Origin: Utricularia gibba
Lineage: Eukaryota; Plantae; Magnoliophyta
Reading direction: 5' to 3'
Length of the DNA: 64,000 bases
Assembly (NCBI GenBank): GCA_002189035.1
Contig: NEEC01000012.1
Span: 1,488,001-1,552,000 of the forward strand
Shown: positions 14,693-26,200 of the stretch, piece after piece
How positions within the stretch are numbered: the stretch's first letter is position 1
Layout of the letters: every line of letters starts with the position of its first letter
Notes under the pieces: model-generated
Told to the model about the DNA's origin: nothing
Databases searched by the model: none
Seen by the model: the letters and a program-made list of their open reading frames with translations, nothing else
Made by a program: the position numbers and the translations under genes

Positions 14693-16353
14693 ATGATGGG
14701 TTGTCTGAGATTGGTAAAGGAGCCGACACAGCCTGCTCCTCGTGTTGAAATCGCAGAATCCATGGATGTGAATGGGACCGACGCTTCGAAGAGGATCATG
14801 CTTAGTGATGGCAGATTTTTGGCTTACACAGAAAGAGGGATTGCCAAGCATTTGTCCAATTACAGAGTTGTTGTTGTTCATGGATTTGGAAGTTCCAAAG
14901 AGATGACGTTCATGGCTTCACAGGTAAACGGGGTTTGGCTTTTTAAATACGTTTTGGGTTTAAGCTTCAGATGTTGATTTGAATAGTTATTTGATGTCAT
15001 CATTTTTTCTACCAAATCAAGCTTGGAGTTGACTGTGCTTGACTTTTCCCCACAAAATACTAAAATATCTGATTGACTTCAATGTCATTTCTACTGCCTG
15101 GTGTTTCTTTGAATCCTTGTTATTACTGTAGCTTATTGCGATTCTTATGAAATCAGACGTTTTTTTCTAAACTTCAAGAGCTTTTGAAGGGGCTTCTAAT
15201 ATCGTCTTAGCCATTAGGAACTCCTGAATGACTTGAAGATATACCTCTTGCTGTTTGACCGGGCGGGCTATGGGGATAGTGATCCTAATCCGAAGCGATC
15301 ATTAAAAAGTGAAGCATCAGATATTGAAGAACTGGCTGACAAACTACAATTGGGATCCAAGTTTTACGTTCTTGGAGTTTCACTTGGTTGCTACCCTGTC
15401 TGGGGTTGCCTCAAGTGGTTACCTAACAGGTACTCTATCTGTTACCCACTTATCTTTGTTGTGGTGTTTGATGCATCAACTGGAAACCGGAAGCAGCACA
15501 AGTTGTTGTTTATTGTCTTGTTCTTTGTTAATCTTTTTCTTTGAGCACCGCATTGTTTTATCTCATGTTTTGTCATGTTGTATTGCCTTTAGACTATCGG
15601 GCAGCGCTCTTGTGGTTCCATATATCAACTATAAGTGGCCTTCTCTTCCACGTGCTTTAACAAAGGGTGACTACCGCAAGCGTCTCTGTCAATGGATCCT
15701 CAGAGCTGTGCGCTATGCTCCTGGACTCCTCCACTGGTGGCTGACTCAGAAGATTTTTCCATCATCTAATGTCCTGGATCGGAACTCTGCATTTTTCTGT
15801 AGCAAAGACTTGGAAATGCTGACAAACACCCCAGGATATCAGCTTCTTAACAAGGTAATATCCTTCATTCAGGGCCTCACAAGAGATTGAACCAGTCTAA
15901 ATTATGAATATTCCCTTTTGGGGTTAAAGCATTCAAGCCGAAAGATTTACATTCCACATTCACTTCAGATTTATACGACTTTTGTGATATCTGTATGGCA
16001 TTTCTTGTTCTGTGGCACAGAACAAGATCAGGAATCCAACAGTATTCGAGTCAATCCGTCGAGATGTCTTGGTGGCATTTGGAAAATGGGATTTTGAGCC
16101 AACTGAACTGTGCAATCCATATCCTGCAATGGAAAGCCTGGTCCACATCTGGCAGGGGCATGAGGACAGAGTTGTTCCATTTCAGCTGCAGCGATTCATA
16201 TGCAGTAAGCTCCCATGGATTCAGTACCATGAGGTCCCTGAAGGCGGCCACTTGCTTGTTTACGACGGTGTAGTCTGTGAGGCCATCTTGAGGTCCCTGT
16301 TGCTCGGGGACGATCCTCCACTGTACCGTCCAGAAATGCAGCCTGGAGAATAG
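14693..16353 (+). CDS. Alpha/beta-hydrolase fold protein (plant AB_hydrolase_1 family), ~345 aa
   Basis: Exons 14693-14923, 15218-15429, 15593-15854 and 16021-16353, in phase. Motifs: LSDGRFLAY, VHGFGSS, FDRAGYGDSDPNPKRS, nucleophile elbow GVSLG, HIWQGHEDRVVP, YHEVPEGGHL. Confidence 0.93.
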
Positions 16354-16737
16354 TCGCGCTACCGATGTTCATATCTTGCTCATCACTTTCGCAATGCCCT
16401 GTTGGCTATTCTCTGTGTGGATACATATGTAACTGTGGCATTGTATGTATTCAGACAGTCGTATCTCGATAATGGAATTGCACTCACTTTGCTTCGAAGG
16501 ATACAGACAGGACATAGTCATGTTAACAGGACACTGAACTCCAAGGTGAAAGAACTTCAAATGCAACGATGGAAAAATATGAATCCTTTGAACCCATTGA
16601 ATGCTTCAAAAGAGTACAAATTTTGCTCATTAGATGATAACTCAAACACTGTTCGGAAATCAGAAAATGACCCCAGCCACTGGCTTAACCAGTGTTGATT
16701 CACATACGTTGCAATTTCAAGCTATTTGCATCCAGTT

Positions 16738-17227
16738 TCAGATACTCATAACCATTTCCACAGGTCCTCCAGGACTTTTCTTCTTTCTGGGACAGAAGAG
16801 CATTACTGATTTGATCCTGCAAAACCGACTTCTTTTCCCACTAATCATCATGGGGTTCGATGCTTCAGGTGCTTGGAAGTCGCTTGCTGTGCTGATACTT
16901 GTTGAAATTCGTTTCTTTGGCTTCAATGGAGCTCCGGAGTGGTGATTCCCTGGTGGGTTGCTCTCTTTTTCTGTGGAATGACAGTGTATATGGAGTTCAC
17001 TGGCTGATCTTGGGAGAGTAGAGAAGCAGATTGTAAGGCTAGCAATGCAGTGCGTGCAGCTTAATCTCTGCGTCTTTCTTACTCACTGCCGAAGCTCCAA
17101 TTTCAACAACGCAGCGATGCAGTGACGTCTGGTTTGTTTCTCCTCCCTACAGCACTCATACACAGGAGCAGCCAACTTCATCTTTTGAGCGTATTCTTGC
17201 AGCAATTTTGCATGAACCTGTTTCTTG
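16738..17227 (-). pseudogene. HYL1: HYL1/DRB1-like pseudogene fragment (second dsRNA-binding domain exon only)
   Basis: After acceptor tttcag the sequence reads QETGSCK / LLQEYAQKMKLAAPVYEC / CVVEIG / ASAVSKKDAEIK / AARTALLALQS...NSIYTVIPQKK / LKPKK, split across several frames. This matches HYL1 dsRBD2 (HETGLCKNLLQEYAQKMNYAIPLY...VEIGGIxYxGAAxxTKKxAEIxAxRTALLAIQS). There are at least 4 frameshifts and the GIxYIG hexapeptide is missing. No dsRBD1 exon is recognisable upstream. Confidence 0.8.
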
Positions 17228-18326
17228 CTGAAATTCAATACCAAAACTCAACATTCAGTAGCAATGCGAATCTGAGAAACGTTTGGCTGTTTTGACCAGC
17301 AAATGTTCCGGGTTTTGCAATGGGGATGAATGCATATTTATCCCTTTCACTAAAATCATTGCAATGATTCATTTTTTTTTCCTTAGTTTCGACTGATATA
17401 TTTTAACTTCATGAAAGTTTCATCATACTATATTATTATAATTTACACCATTGATCTTTATAATTATGCTTTTAAGAACATTCAACTGCACACATCCTAA
17501 CTATTTACTAAAATTGGCATGATTATTTTTTAATATTTAATAAAAATGACATTGATTAGTCCCATTGTTATACTTAGTCCTCAAATTTTGATGCACCAAT
17601 ATCTTTAATTCCTAAAATTCGATGTACTGAATATACTTGATATCGAATCTTTTTGGGTGGATGCGGGTGACAAGTGTCGGGCAAGTAATGGGGCATGAGT
17701 GGTGGGCAACCTAATATCAGTCAATAATAGTAAAATTGAATTAAGAAAAAAATAGAAATTTAAATCAGAGATCAATTTTTTCATTATTATGAAACAGTGA
17801 GTATTATTTTTGTACAATTTTTAAATAGTAGAGACCAATAACAAATGGTTTTGAAAGGAAATAAAATATTGTTTACTAAGATCAATTATGTTTTTTTCCA
17901 TATTTTTAACCACTAGCAATTTATATATAATGCAAATGTAATTGGCATGTTTTAGAAAAAAAAAATGTATTATTGACCTTATGCTTTATTAATAGTAACA
18001 AAACTAACCAATAATCTTTATTGATTAGACAACTTCGTCTAGTACTTGGGATTATTGTGATCAAATGTTTTATACTAAAATAGTCAATTTAATCGGTTGT
18101 ATCAATTTGGTAACTTTGACTTTCAAAATTTGCTTTCTTTTGACTATGAAAATTAATATAAATTATATAATTTATCTTTAATGATTATAATTCTAATTAA
18201 TAATAATTAATGTATAATATATTTTTACTTAAAGAATTACATATCCAATTTGGAGCTAGACTAAAGAATTAGAAGAAGGTAAGTTTAAAAACTCAAAACT
18301 GTAAGTTTAAAAGCTCATGAAATACC

Positions 18327-18401
18327 TAAGTTTTTCTAACTTTTCTATACTTTGCTCTCAATAATTAGTAGACCTAAGTATAGAAGAGTTAGAAAAACTT
18401 A
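18327..18401. repeat. Inverted repeat (26-bp arms, 1 mismatch, 23-nt loop)
   Basis: taagtttttctaacttttctatactt (18327-18352) versus aagtatagaagagttagaaaaactta (18376-18401). Pairing extends imperfectly to about 18317 and 18411. Confidence 0.9.
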
Positions 18402-20686
18402 AGAGTGTCATTAATCTAAAGTTTAAAAATGATATAGGCAGAATTAAGTTGTTTTAAATTATAAAATTATGAAAATGTGGATTAAGATTACCAGCTGAGT
18501 TTACTACATCACTAGTAATATCATACATCATTGTTTCTATTTGTATCAAATTCAAATTTATTGCTTTCTATTTTTGTTTTAATTTCATTTACTGTTTTAG
18601 TACATAATTATAATTTTAGTTATGACTTAAAATGTAGTTGTTTTGTGATTATGGATCCTATTAGTACACTACAAGCATGAACTCATCATGTTACATCCCA
18701 ATTTTGCTATACATTTCATTTGAGAAAATGTTTTTTTATTTGGTTTATAAATTTATTTAATACAAAACATCAATATTTAGCTAAGACATGAAATTTTAAT
18801 GAGCTCCTTATCTATTAACCTTATTTTTTTCAAAGATCTCAACCCAAGTTGTAGAGAGTTCATAGATTGTATTTTAGTAATTTATAATATCTGCCATTGT
18901 GCTGATATAATAACTAATTGATAGAAATGAGTAAATTATAAATATCATAAAATAACAAAAACTTCTAGCAAAATGATGTTACCTGCTTTATTTTATCCCA
19001 TAGTTCATTGGTTGCATTTAAAATGTTTGTGATGTTGTTGAATCCTATTTCAGATTTATATAAAAAATCTACAAATATGATGCAGTTTTTTTCTAACCAT
19101 AAATTTTTGAATGAATGTGGGGAATAGATCAAATGTGAGTATCTAGCCAAAAACCTAGAAAATCTTCTTTAATACCTTTAAGGTCATTCATTTTCAATAT
19201 GTTGTGCATCCAGCACTCAAATTCACCTATTTCCATGGGCACTTTGTCCTATTGTTATAATCCTTTGGTTTGGTAGTATATTTGCTTTTCAATTTTTGAC
19301 CTCCAATCATTATCAAGGCTCTTCAAATATGACATAATTCACATCATGGAAAAAATAAACTTTTATTCAATCAAATATTTAGTATATCCAATAAAAATTT
19401 TAAATAAAAAATCATCATATCATCAAAAATTATAAATACCAATGATATTTATTGAAAAAAGTACAAAAAATTCATAATTCAAAATTGTAATCCTAGTAGA
19501 ACTGCACATCAATTTACAATGAGCTGGAAAGAAAAAGAGGTGTTGGGAAATTGATTAATTCAAGTTGTTATGTTTAACATGGAAGTATAATGATCATTTT
19601 AATATAATTTATTTGACATATTAATTTTAAATTTATCTAGTAAATATAATATAATTTTAAACATTTATTCATTAAATTCATATATCAACAAATTTTTATT
19701 AGAAAACATATTACAGGTGTTTATATAACTAATCATGTGATATCACACAACAGCAGAGTGGTCGACCCAAATGGGTTGGTGGATGACTAGAGATGAGTTC
19801 AAATTGCGCGCCTTCCCAGTTGTCGATTGTCACAGAGAGAGATTGGCGTAGGATGGATGGCGACTACATTGATTTCTTGGAATTGGTGAATCGCTGGGGC
19901 TATTCGGAGTAGGCGGAAAAGGGAACCCAAAAAAATGCGGCTGGCTTTTGACTTTTTAGAAAGGGAATGGCTGGCTGGCTGGCTGTTGATGTGAGGTAAC
20001 CTACGTTCAATTTATTTTGTTTCCCGCTTTTATTCGGCTTTCATGTTCTTCCTCCTTTTGTCGCGTTATGGTGACTGGATTGCACATTCAAGGTGGTATC
20101 TTTTCAAGCATGGCTGGCTCTTCATGGAGTGTAGCACGTGGTTGCTCCTGCATTCTTTCTGGGCACGGACAATAAATTTCAGATCTGCGGTAATAACATA
20201 AATAGCAGTAAATTTCACGGGTCCTCATGTTCAAATAGCATATGTTTTAGATCTTGCAATATTCCCTTCATTTGGTTGGTTTCACTTTCACTGCCTCTGC
20301 TTCTTTACCCAAGTTTGTTTTTCGTGACTGACGGGGATTTATGAAGTTTTGGGGCTCTTTTTCTCATTTAATTGCAGTCAAACTAACTCTGGCTTTGGTT
20401 AAACTTCTGGGTCAGAAAGCATTGGAGGTGATGCCCTCAAAGTTGAATCCTTGCCGATTCAAGTCAGTCAAACTAAGGCGAATCCTGAAGTGAGGTAGCT
20501 CCTGGTTTCCTTTCAGAACCAATGCTGTAGAGTGGCTCTGTGCATTAGCTGTGGCATTCACTTAAATCTCTTTGGAATATGTAGTTGCAGTGCCATGATA
20601 TTCGTATTTAGCGGGGTTTTGATAACTCATTTGTGAATCCCCATTATGGTTCTTGCAAGAGTCATCACGCTCATATTTACTGCAGG

Positions 20687-22376
20687 ATGAAACCTTCGAA
20701 GTCAGTGAAAAGGATTTCTGTAAAGTCTGGTTCTTCGGAGATGTTTCAAAGGGATTCTTCTCAAGGAGGTTCTAGTGCTTTACTTCATCTTGCTAAGACG
20801 AGCCCCAGATACTTAGATCCTACAGTATCGTCGCTGAACCTTTCTGGGAAATCATCCAAAGAGAGAACCCCTAGACTCTCTGATTATGGTTTGTCAACAC
20901 GGAGACTGAGTGAGGTACTGTGATGCTCAATCCCTTCATGTTTCTTGTTTGGAAAATCATTGAAGGGCTTTTGGTGTTTTCAAGAATTTTCAGGATAAAG
21001 GTCCAAGCAGAGTGACAGAATTGGAGCACCATATTTTTCAACTGGAAAGCAAACTAGACATCGTGAAGGATCAGCTGATCTCTGCAGAATCACTGAAAAA
21101 GGAAGCACAGAAAGATGCAGAAGAGTCGAGGAAGAAGCTCTCGGCTCTGTCCAAGAAGATTGAGGAATCCCAAAAGCATGTTTTGGAATCGGCTGCCTTT
21201 GTGTCTGCAATGGAGGAGATTAGACTTCTCAAGAAGCAACTTGAAACTCAAGCTGTATTCGAAGAAGTGCGCAAGAGACAATCAGAATCTAAGCAGAAGC
21301 AACTCTGTCAGCTGAAGGCAGAGCTTCAGGATGCATGTTTCGTTTTGGAAGAACTGAAGATGAAAACGAGTGAAGCTAAGAGATCTGAAGCTCTGGCCTT
21401 GGATGGCATTGATGGATCACTGTTGCAACTAACTGAGGCTAAAGTAATGGCTGAGATACTTAACGCACGAAGTTGTGAAGCTGCAGAAGCTTGTGGGCTC
21501 GTTGCTTCAGAGCTCAGGCATTTGAGGACTCATGTGGAATTTCTTGAAGGGAGAAACTGCAATCAAAACGAGCTTAGATTAGAGAAAGAGATGCTAGATG
21601 AAATCCATGTTGCTTCTTTGAAGCTTGAACTTGAAGGATTAAGATCCGCTCTGGAGGCTGCATGCATCCAATATGACAAAGAGCTAATCCGAAAAGAAGA
21701 GGAGACCGAAGATGCTGTCGAAATTATCAATATCATCAATTCTGCATCAAGGCAAAGGCAGGGTAACCTGGAAGCAGAGATCAGAAGATCAAAAAAAGAA
21801 ATTGACGAGCTTGCAGAAAATCTACAGGACATGGAAACACGACTCCATTCAACCCGTGAACAGAATGCAATGCTTGTAACACAGCTGAATGGCAGGCACT
21901 CAGTCCATCGCAAGCTCGAAATGGAGATGGAAATGAACAATCTGAAAGCCGAAACAGGATCCCTCAAGGCTCATTTGACAGTGAAAGAGATGGAATTAGA
22001 GAGGGCAGCAACAGAAAGCGCAACACTCAAGCTATGCATCAAGAAAACAAGCGAGTCCAACGTAGAAAGGGAAGCTGCCATTGAACTCGAGAAGAGTAAG
22101 AAAGAGTTCGAGTGTGTGGTGCAGGATCTGGAAACCATGGAACAGGCAAACTCAGAGATGGAATGTGAGCTAAGGAAGCTTAAGTTGCAGTCGGAGCAAT
22201 GGAGAAAAGCTGCGGAGGTAGCTGCTTCTGTAGTAGCTGCAGAGTGCGATGGGATGCTGAGTGGTAAACTCGGCAGCCCCGCAAGGTTAAGCTACGGGGA
22301 TGAAGAGATGCAAAGGAAAAGAAATGGGAATCTGCTGAAGAAGCTTGGGGTGCTTTGGAAGAAGCAACACAAGTAA
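20687..22376 (+). CDS. ICR: Interactor of constitutive active ROPs / ROP-interactive partner (ICR2/RIP-like coiled-coil protein), ~536 aa
   Basis: Exons 20687-20914 and 20994-22376, in phase. N-terminal SGSSEM...RTPR...SE|DKGPSRVTELE, a long coiled coil, the RIP motif QSEQWRKAAEVAA and C-terminal RKRNGNLLKKLGVLWKK. Confidence 0.9.
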
Positions 22377-23242
22377 CAAGAGATGTGCTTGGCTTTCTGT
22401 TGAATCCCATGTTCTGTTTGTTGGTGGCTCTTTTTGACAATGCTACGAGTCACTACCACCGAGTACCCAATGAATTAATGGAGTGATAAAAATTTGGAAA
22501 GAAAATGTTAAAGTAGGGAGACAAATATAATACATGAAAATTTAATGTATAAAGATTCCACACAAGTGAGGAGCAAGATTCCTCTACTAGGGATAGTGAG
22601 ACACGTGGCATTATGGCATTCCTACAGATGGGATCAAACAAGACTAGCAGCTAATATTCACAAAATTTTCTACTGCATTGGCTACAACAAATATGAATAG
22701 TAAGCAGAGGCTGGCGCCTTTCAACCATCATGTTGACAACCCAACAATCGATGGCTAGTCTGTACAAAGCCCCTCCCCATCAATCGAAGAAAACAAGTGC
22801 TGAATACACTATTGAGTGAGTGAGTTGGTAGGGGGGTGAGCAAGCCACAAAATGATTCGACTCGATGCTGTACACCTACTTCTAACGTACCTACGGCAAC
22901 TGTACTTCCATGGCCAAAAATTTAGTCAGCTTCAGTTTCTAGCCTACGATGCCCACTCCTTTCCATGCTCCTTTGCGGCCATGAAAGGCTGCCAAGATTA
23001 AAATAAGATCAGGAGTCGCGGGAGCAATGAGGGAAGAAAACACCAGATTGTAGTAAAGAAACATCAAAAAAAATGTTGGATTTGCAGGAAATGAGTTGTC
23101 TAATCTATAAAAGAAGATGGAATTAAATGTAAGAATACGACGAACTCATGCAGCTGAACAAACCTGTGGACCGCTGTCTCAAAAGAGTGATGACTCTAAC
23201 GTGGCATGGCCCTCCACAACGAAGGAACGGCTCAACTGCAAA

Positions 23243-26200
23243 TCATTCCAATGCAGGGTCGCCAGGCCTCCCATGCAAGCTACCGTTCCCTGCTTGGAGA
23301 AGCTGACTTTGCTGTGGAGCTTGTCCTGACTGGGAAGGAGTCTGCGCTTGTGATACTCGGGCTGGGGGCTTCTGTACCTGTGATTGCTGCAGCCGTTCAC
23401 TGGCATCCTGCTTGATGGCCGTCGGTCTCTGGCCATCTTGAGACACAGTATCATACGAGTTAGAAGACAAGGACATTGCAGAACCTCTAGAGTTTAATAT
23501 ACTATCTGGAGTTGCCCCAACCAAAGGAGAACATGATTGCTGACTATCATTTGCAGCTGGAACAGCCACTGGTGAAGCATGACCCTGGTTACCATGATCA
23601 GACTTTGAGGTCTGAATATGTTTCATAGCTGAAGCACCTTGGACAGAATGGAATTTGGGCTGAGGGAACGAACTGCTTGGCCTGGAAGACTGCATACTCC
23701 TCACTCCAGAAGGAGTATTTAAGCTCTGATTTTGCATAAATTGAGAAACAGCTTCTTGTTTATCCAGAGGCTGTGAGATAGAACTTGCTGCAACTCCATT
23801 TGAGATTGAAGAATCTCCAGGATGCAGTACTACATTTCCCGTGCTACCACTCTTTGATACCTTCACTTGTTGCGGAGCTTGCAACTGTTGCCGCTGAGGA
23901 TGATGTCTACTGGATTGGGGCAAGTGATGCTGCCTGCCTTGTTGCTTACCTATATTATTTGCTTGTACATTTCCGCTGCTTTGTGTATTCTGTACAACTC
24001 CCAAAGCAGCTGCTTGATGTTTCTGTTGATACTGTGGCATTGAATTCATTGAGGACGATGATGGTAACGAAGAAAGATTAACAAGTGAATTTTTGGAGGG
24101 ATGAGGCTGTGAGGCAGTTTGGATAGGACATGGCAAGGGTAGTTGAGGCTTTGACTGGACTTGTCTTGCCAAAGAATTAGAAGCAGCATACTGCTGTTGT
24201 GAATGTTGAGGCTGTTGAAGCATCATCCGTTGTTGTAGCTGTTGCTCTTTTGCAAACCGAGGACCATAGGCTTGCTGCTGGGGCGTGGGAGCATGATTTG
24301 CTTGCCCTTCAAAATATACATGCTGAGCTTGGGGCCGTTTTGGGGACATTGGAAGGGTTGTCTGGTGATTGATGGCAGAAGCTGTAAGGTTAGGCAGAGG
24401 GAGCTTAAACCCCGAGGGTGAGGGACCGCCCCTTGGCCACTTGCGCTCATTTGCCTCGGCGAGTCCTGACACAGAGAAATGCACATTACGCTTCAGTAAA
24501 AGCAGCCAAAGGATAGATAGTAACGTGGAGTTTAAGGCAAGATTTCGTGAACTTCGGCATCGATTACTAGAAGCAACAAGAAATGAGAAGAGCCCCTAAC
24601 GGCGTACCTGCATCAACTGCAGCGTATCACTCTGCCTTGACATGGGGCTTCCTTGGCCTGTGACTAATCCAGCATGCATATTTGGTGGCACGACAGAGGG
24701 TCCCATGCTCCCGGAATTCACCAACGATGTTGAAGTTCCAGGTAATCCAGGCCTTGCCATTGGGAAACTTCTATTTCCACTGCCCATCACACCCATACCA
24801 GTGCCACCAGCATTACTACGAACACCACGATCATTCCCTGGGTGAGTTCCAAGCGCAGGGAATGTAGCTTGTGACACATTTCTGCCTGGAATCATCTGAT
24901 TATAGTGCTGAATTTTCTGCTGATCATCAGCCGACAATGGCCCACACCTAGGAATTACATGCCTACCATCTCTACGATAAGTAGGCAAATAATACTGTAA
25001 GAATCGCTGCAGTTGGTAATTAAGCTCATTATGATTCATTACCTGGCAGATGAATTGGCAAAGCCAGGAGATCCTTGCAATGCAGACCCAGCAGACGCTG
25101 GAAGCAGTGGACTGGTTGTGCTCTGGTTCACACCAGTCGACCCAGCATTATGTACCACTTGCATTCCATTTGGAAAACCATCAGGGCCTTGAACCACATC
25201 ACACAGATCGATAGGCCTTCAAAGGAACATGGAAACAAAATTTCAGCAGACTATTTACCTAATTCCAACAAAAATTTATGTTCTGCATAGTGCAGCCCAA
25301 TTTCTTACGTCAGAATGGGTCCTCCATTCAAGTTATTCGGAAATACTTGGGAAAGGGCAGACGAATGAGAACTGTGAGGTTGGAGGAGTTGTTTAGGATC
25401 CTGGTAATCATTACATAAATAGTGTTACTACATTAAAATACTAATCACTTGAAGACACTAAAAATGAACAACAATTAGAGCAACGAAGATAGTTCAGTGG
25501 TTCATATCTCATCGCTTTCAATCTGCCAAATGTGAAAAGCAAACACACGGAACATCATTAGGCAACCAGAAAATGCATTTAGTCTCATAATAGACTACTG
25601 TTCTGATTAGGGTACTTAGGTGTATCCAGGTCCCATTGACAAACCAGGTTCAAAATAATTACATAGGCGCGGGATGCCTATGCTGGCATGCTGCCATAAC
25701 TCACGTCATTCCAAACAACACATGATATACAGAGTGTAGCCAATTCAAGAGCTGAACATGAGCGTGCATTATTCAGAATGCCCAACAAAGAATAAAACTG
25801 AGCATAAAGAGCCATATGAAATACTCAGCAATGAAGTTCAAACACGTATAGATATAAAATAATGAAAAAGGCACATCCTTGGAGCACTTGAAAGCTTAAT
25901 AGTTACATATAAAAGGCATTTTGAGAAAGCTTGATTTTTTAAAAAAATGCTTAGTCTGAAAACTAGCAACCGTTTGTGAGGGATTATCAAAAGTGAATTC
26001 CTGAGCGATTTCAAATGAAACAAACAAGTCATGCCAAGAATCGAATGATGATTGGATGCTGATACCTGGCTCCTACGAAGTAGAAGTTTTTGACCAATCG
26101 TTATAATTTTCTCAAAATGAGACTTCAGTGTATCTTCTTCTACAGGGCCCAGCAAACGTTGAAACAGCTGCCGAGCACTTCCCTACAAACAAGGAACTCA

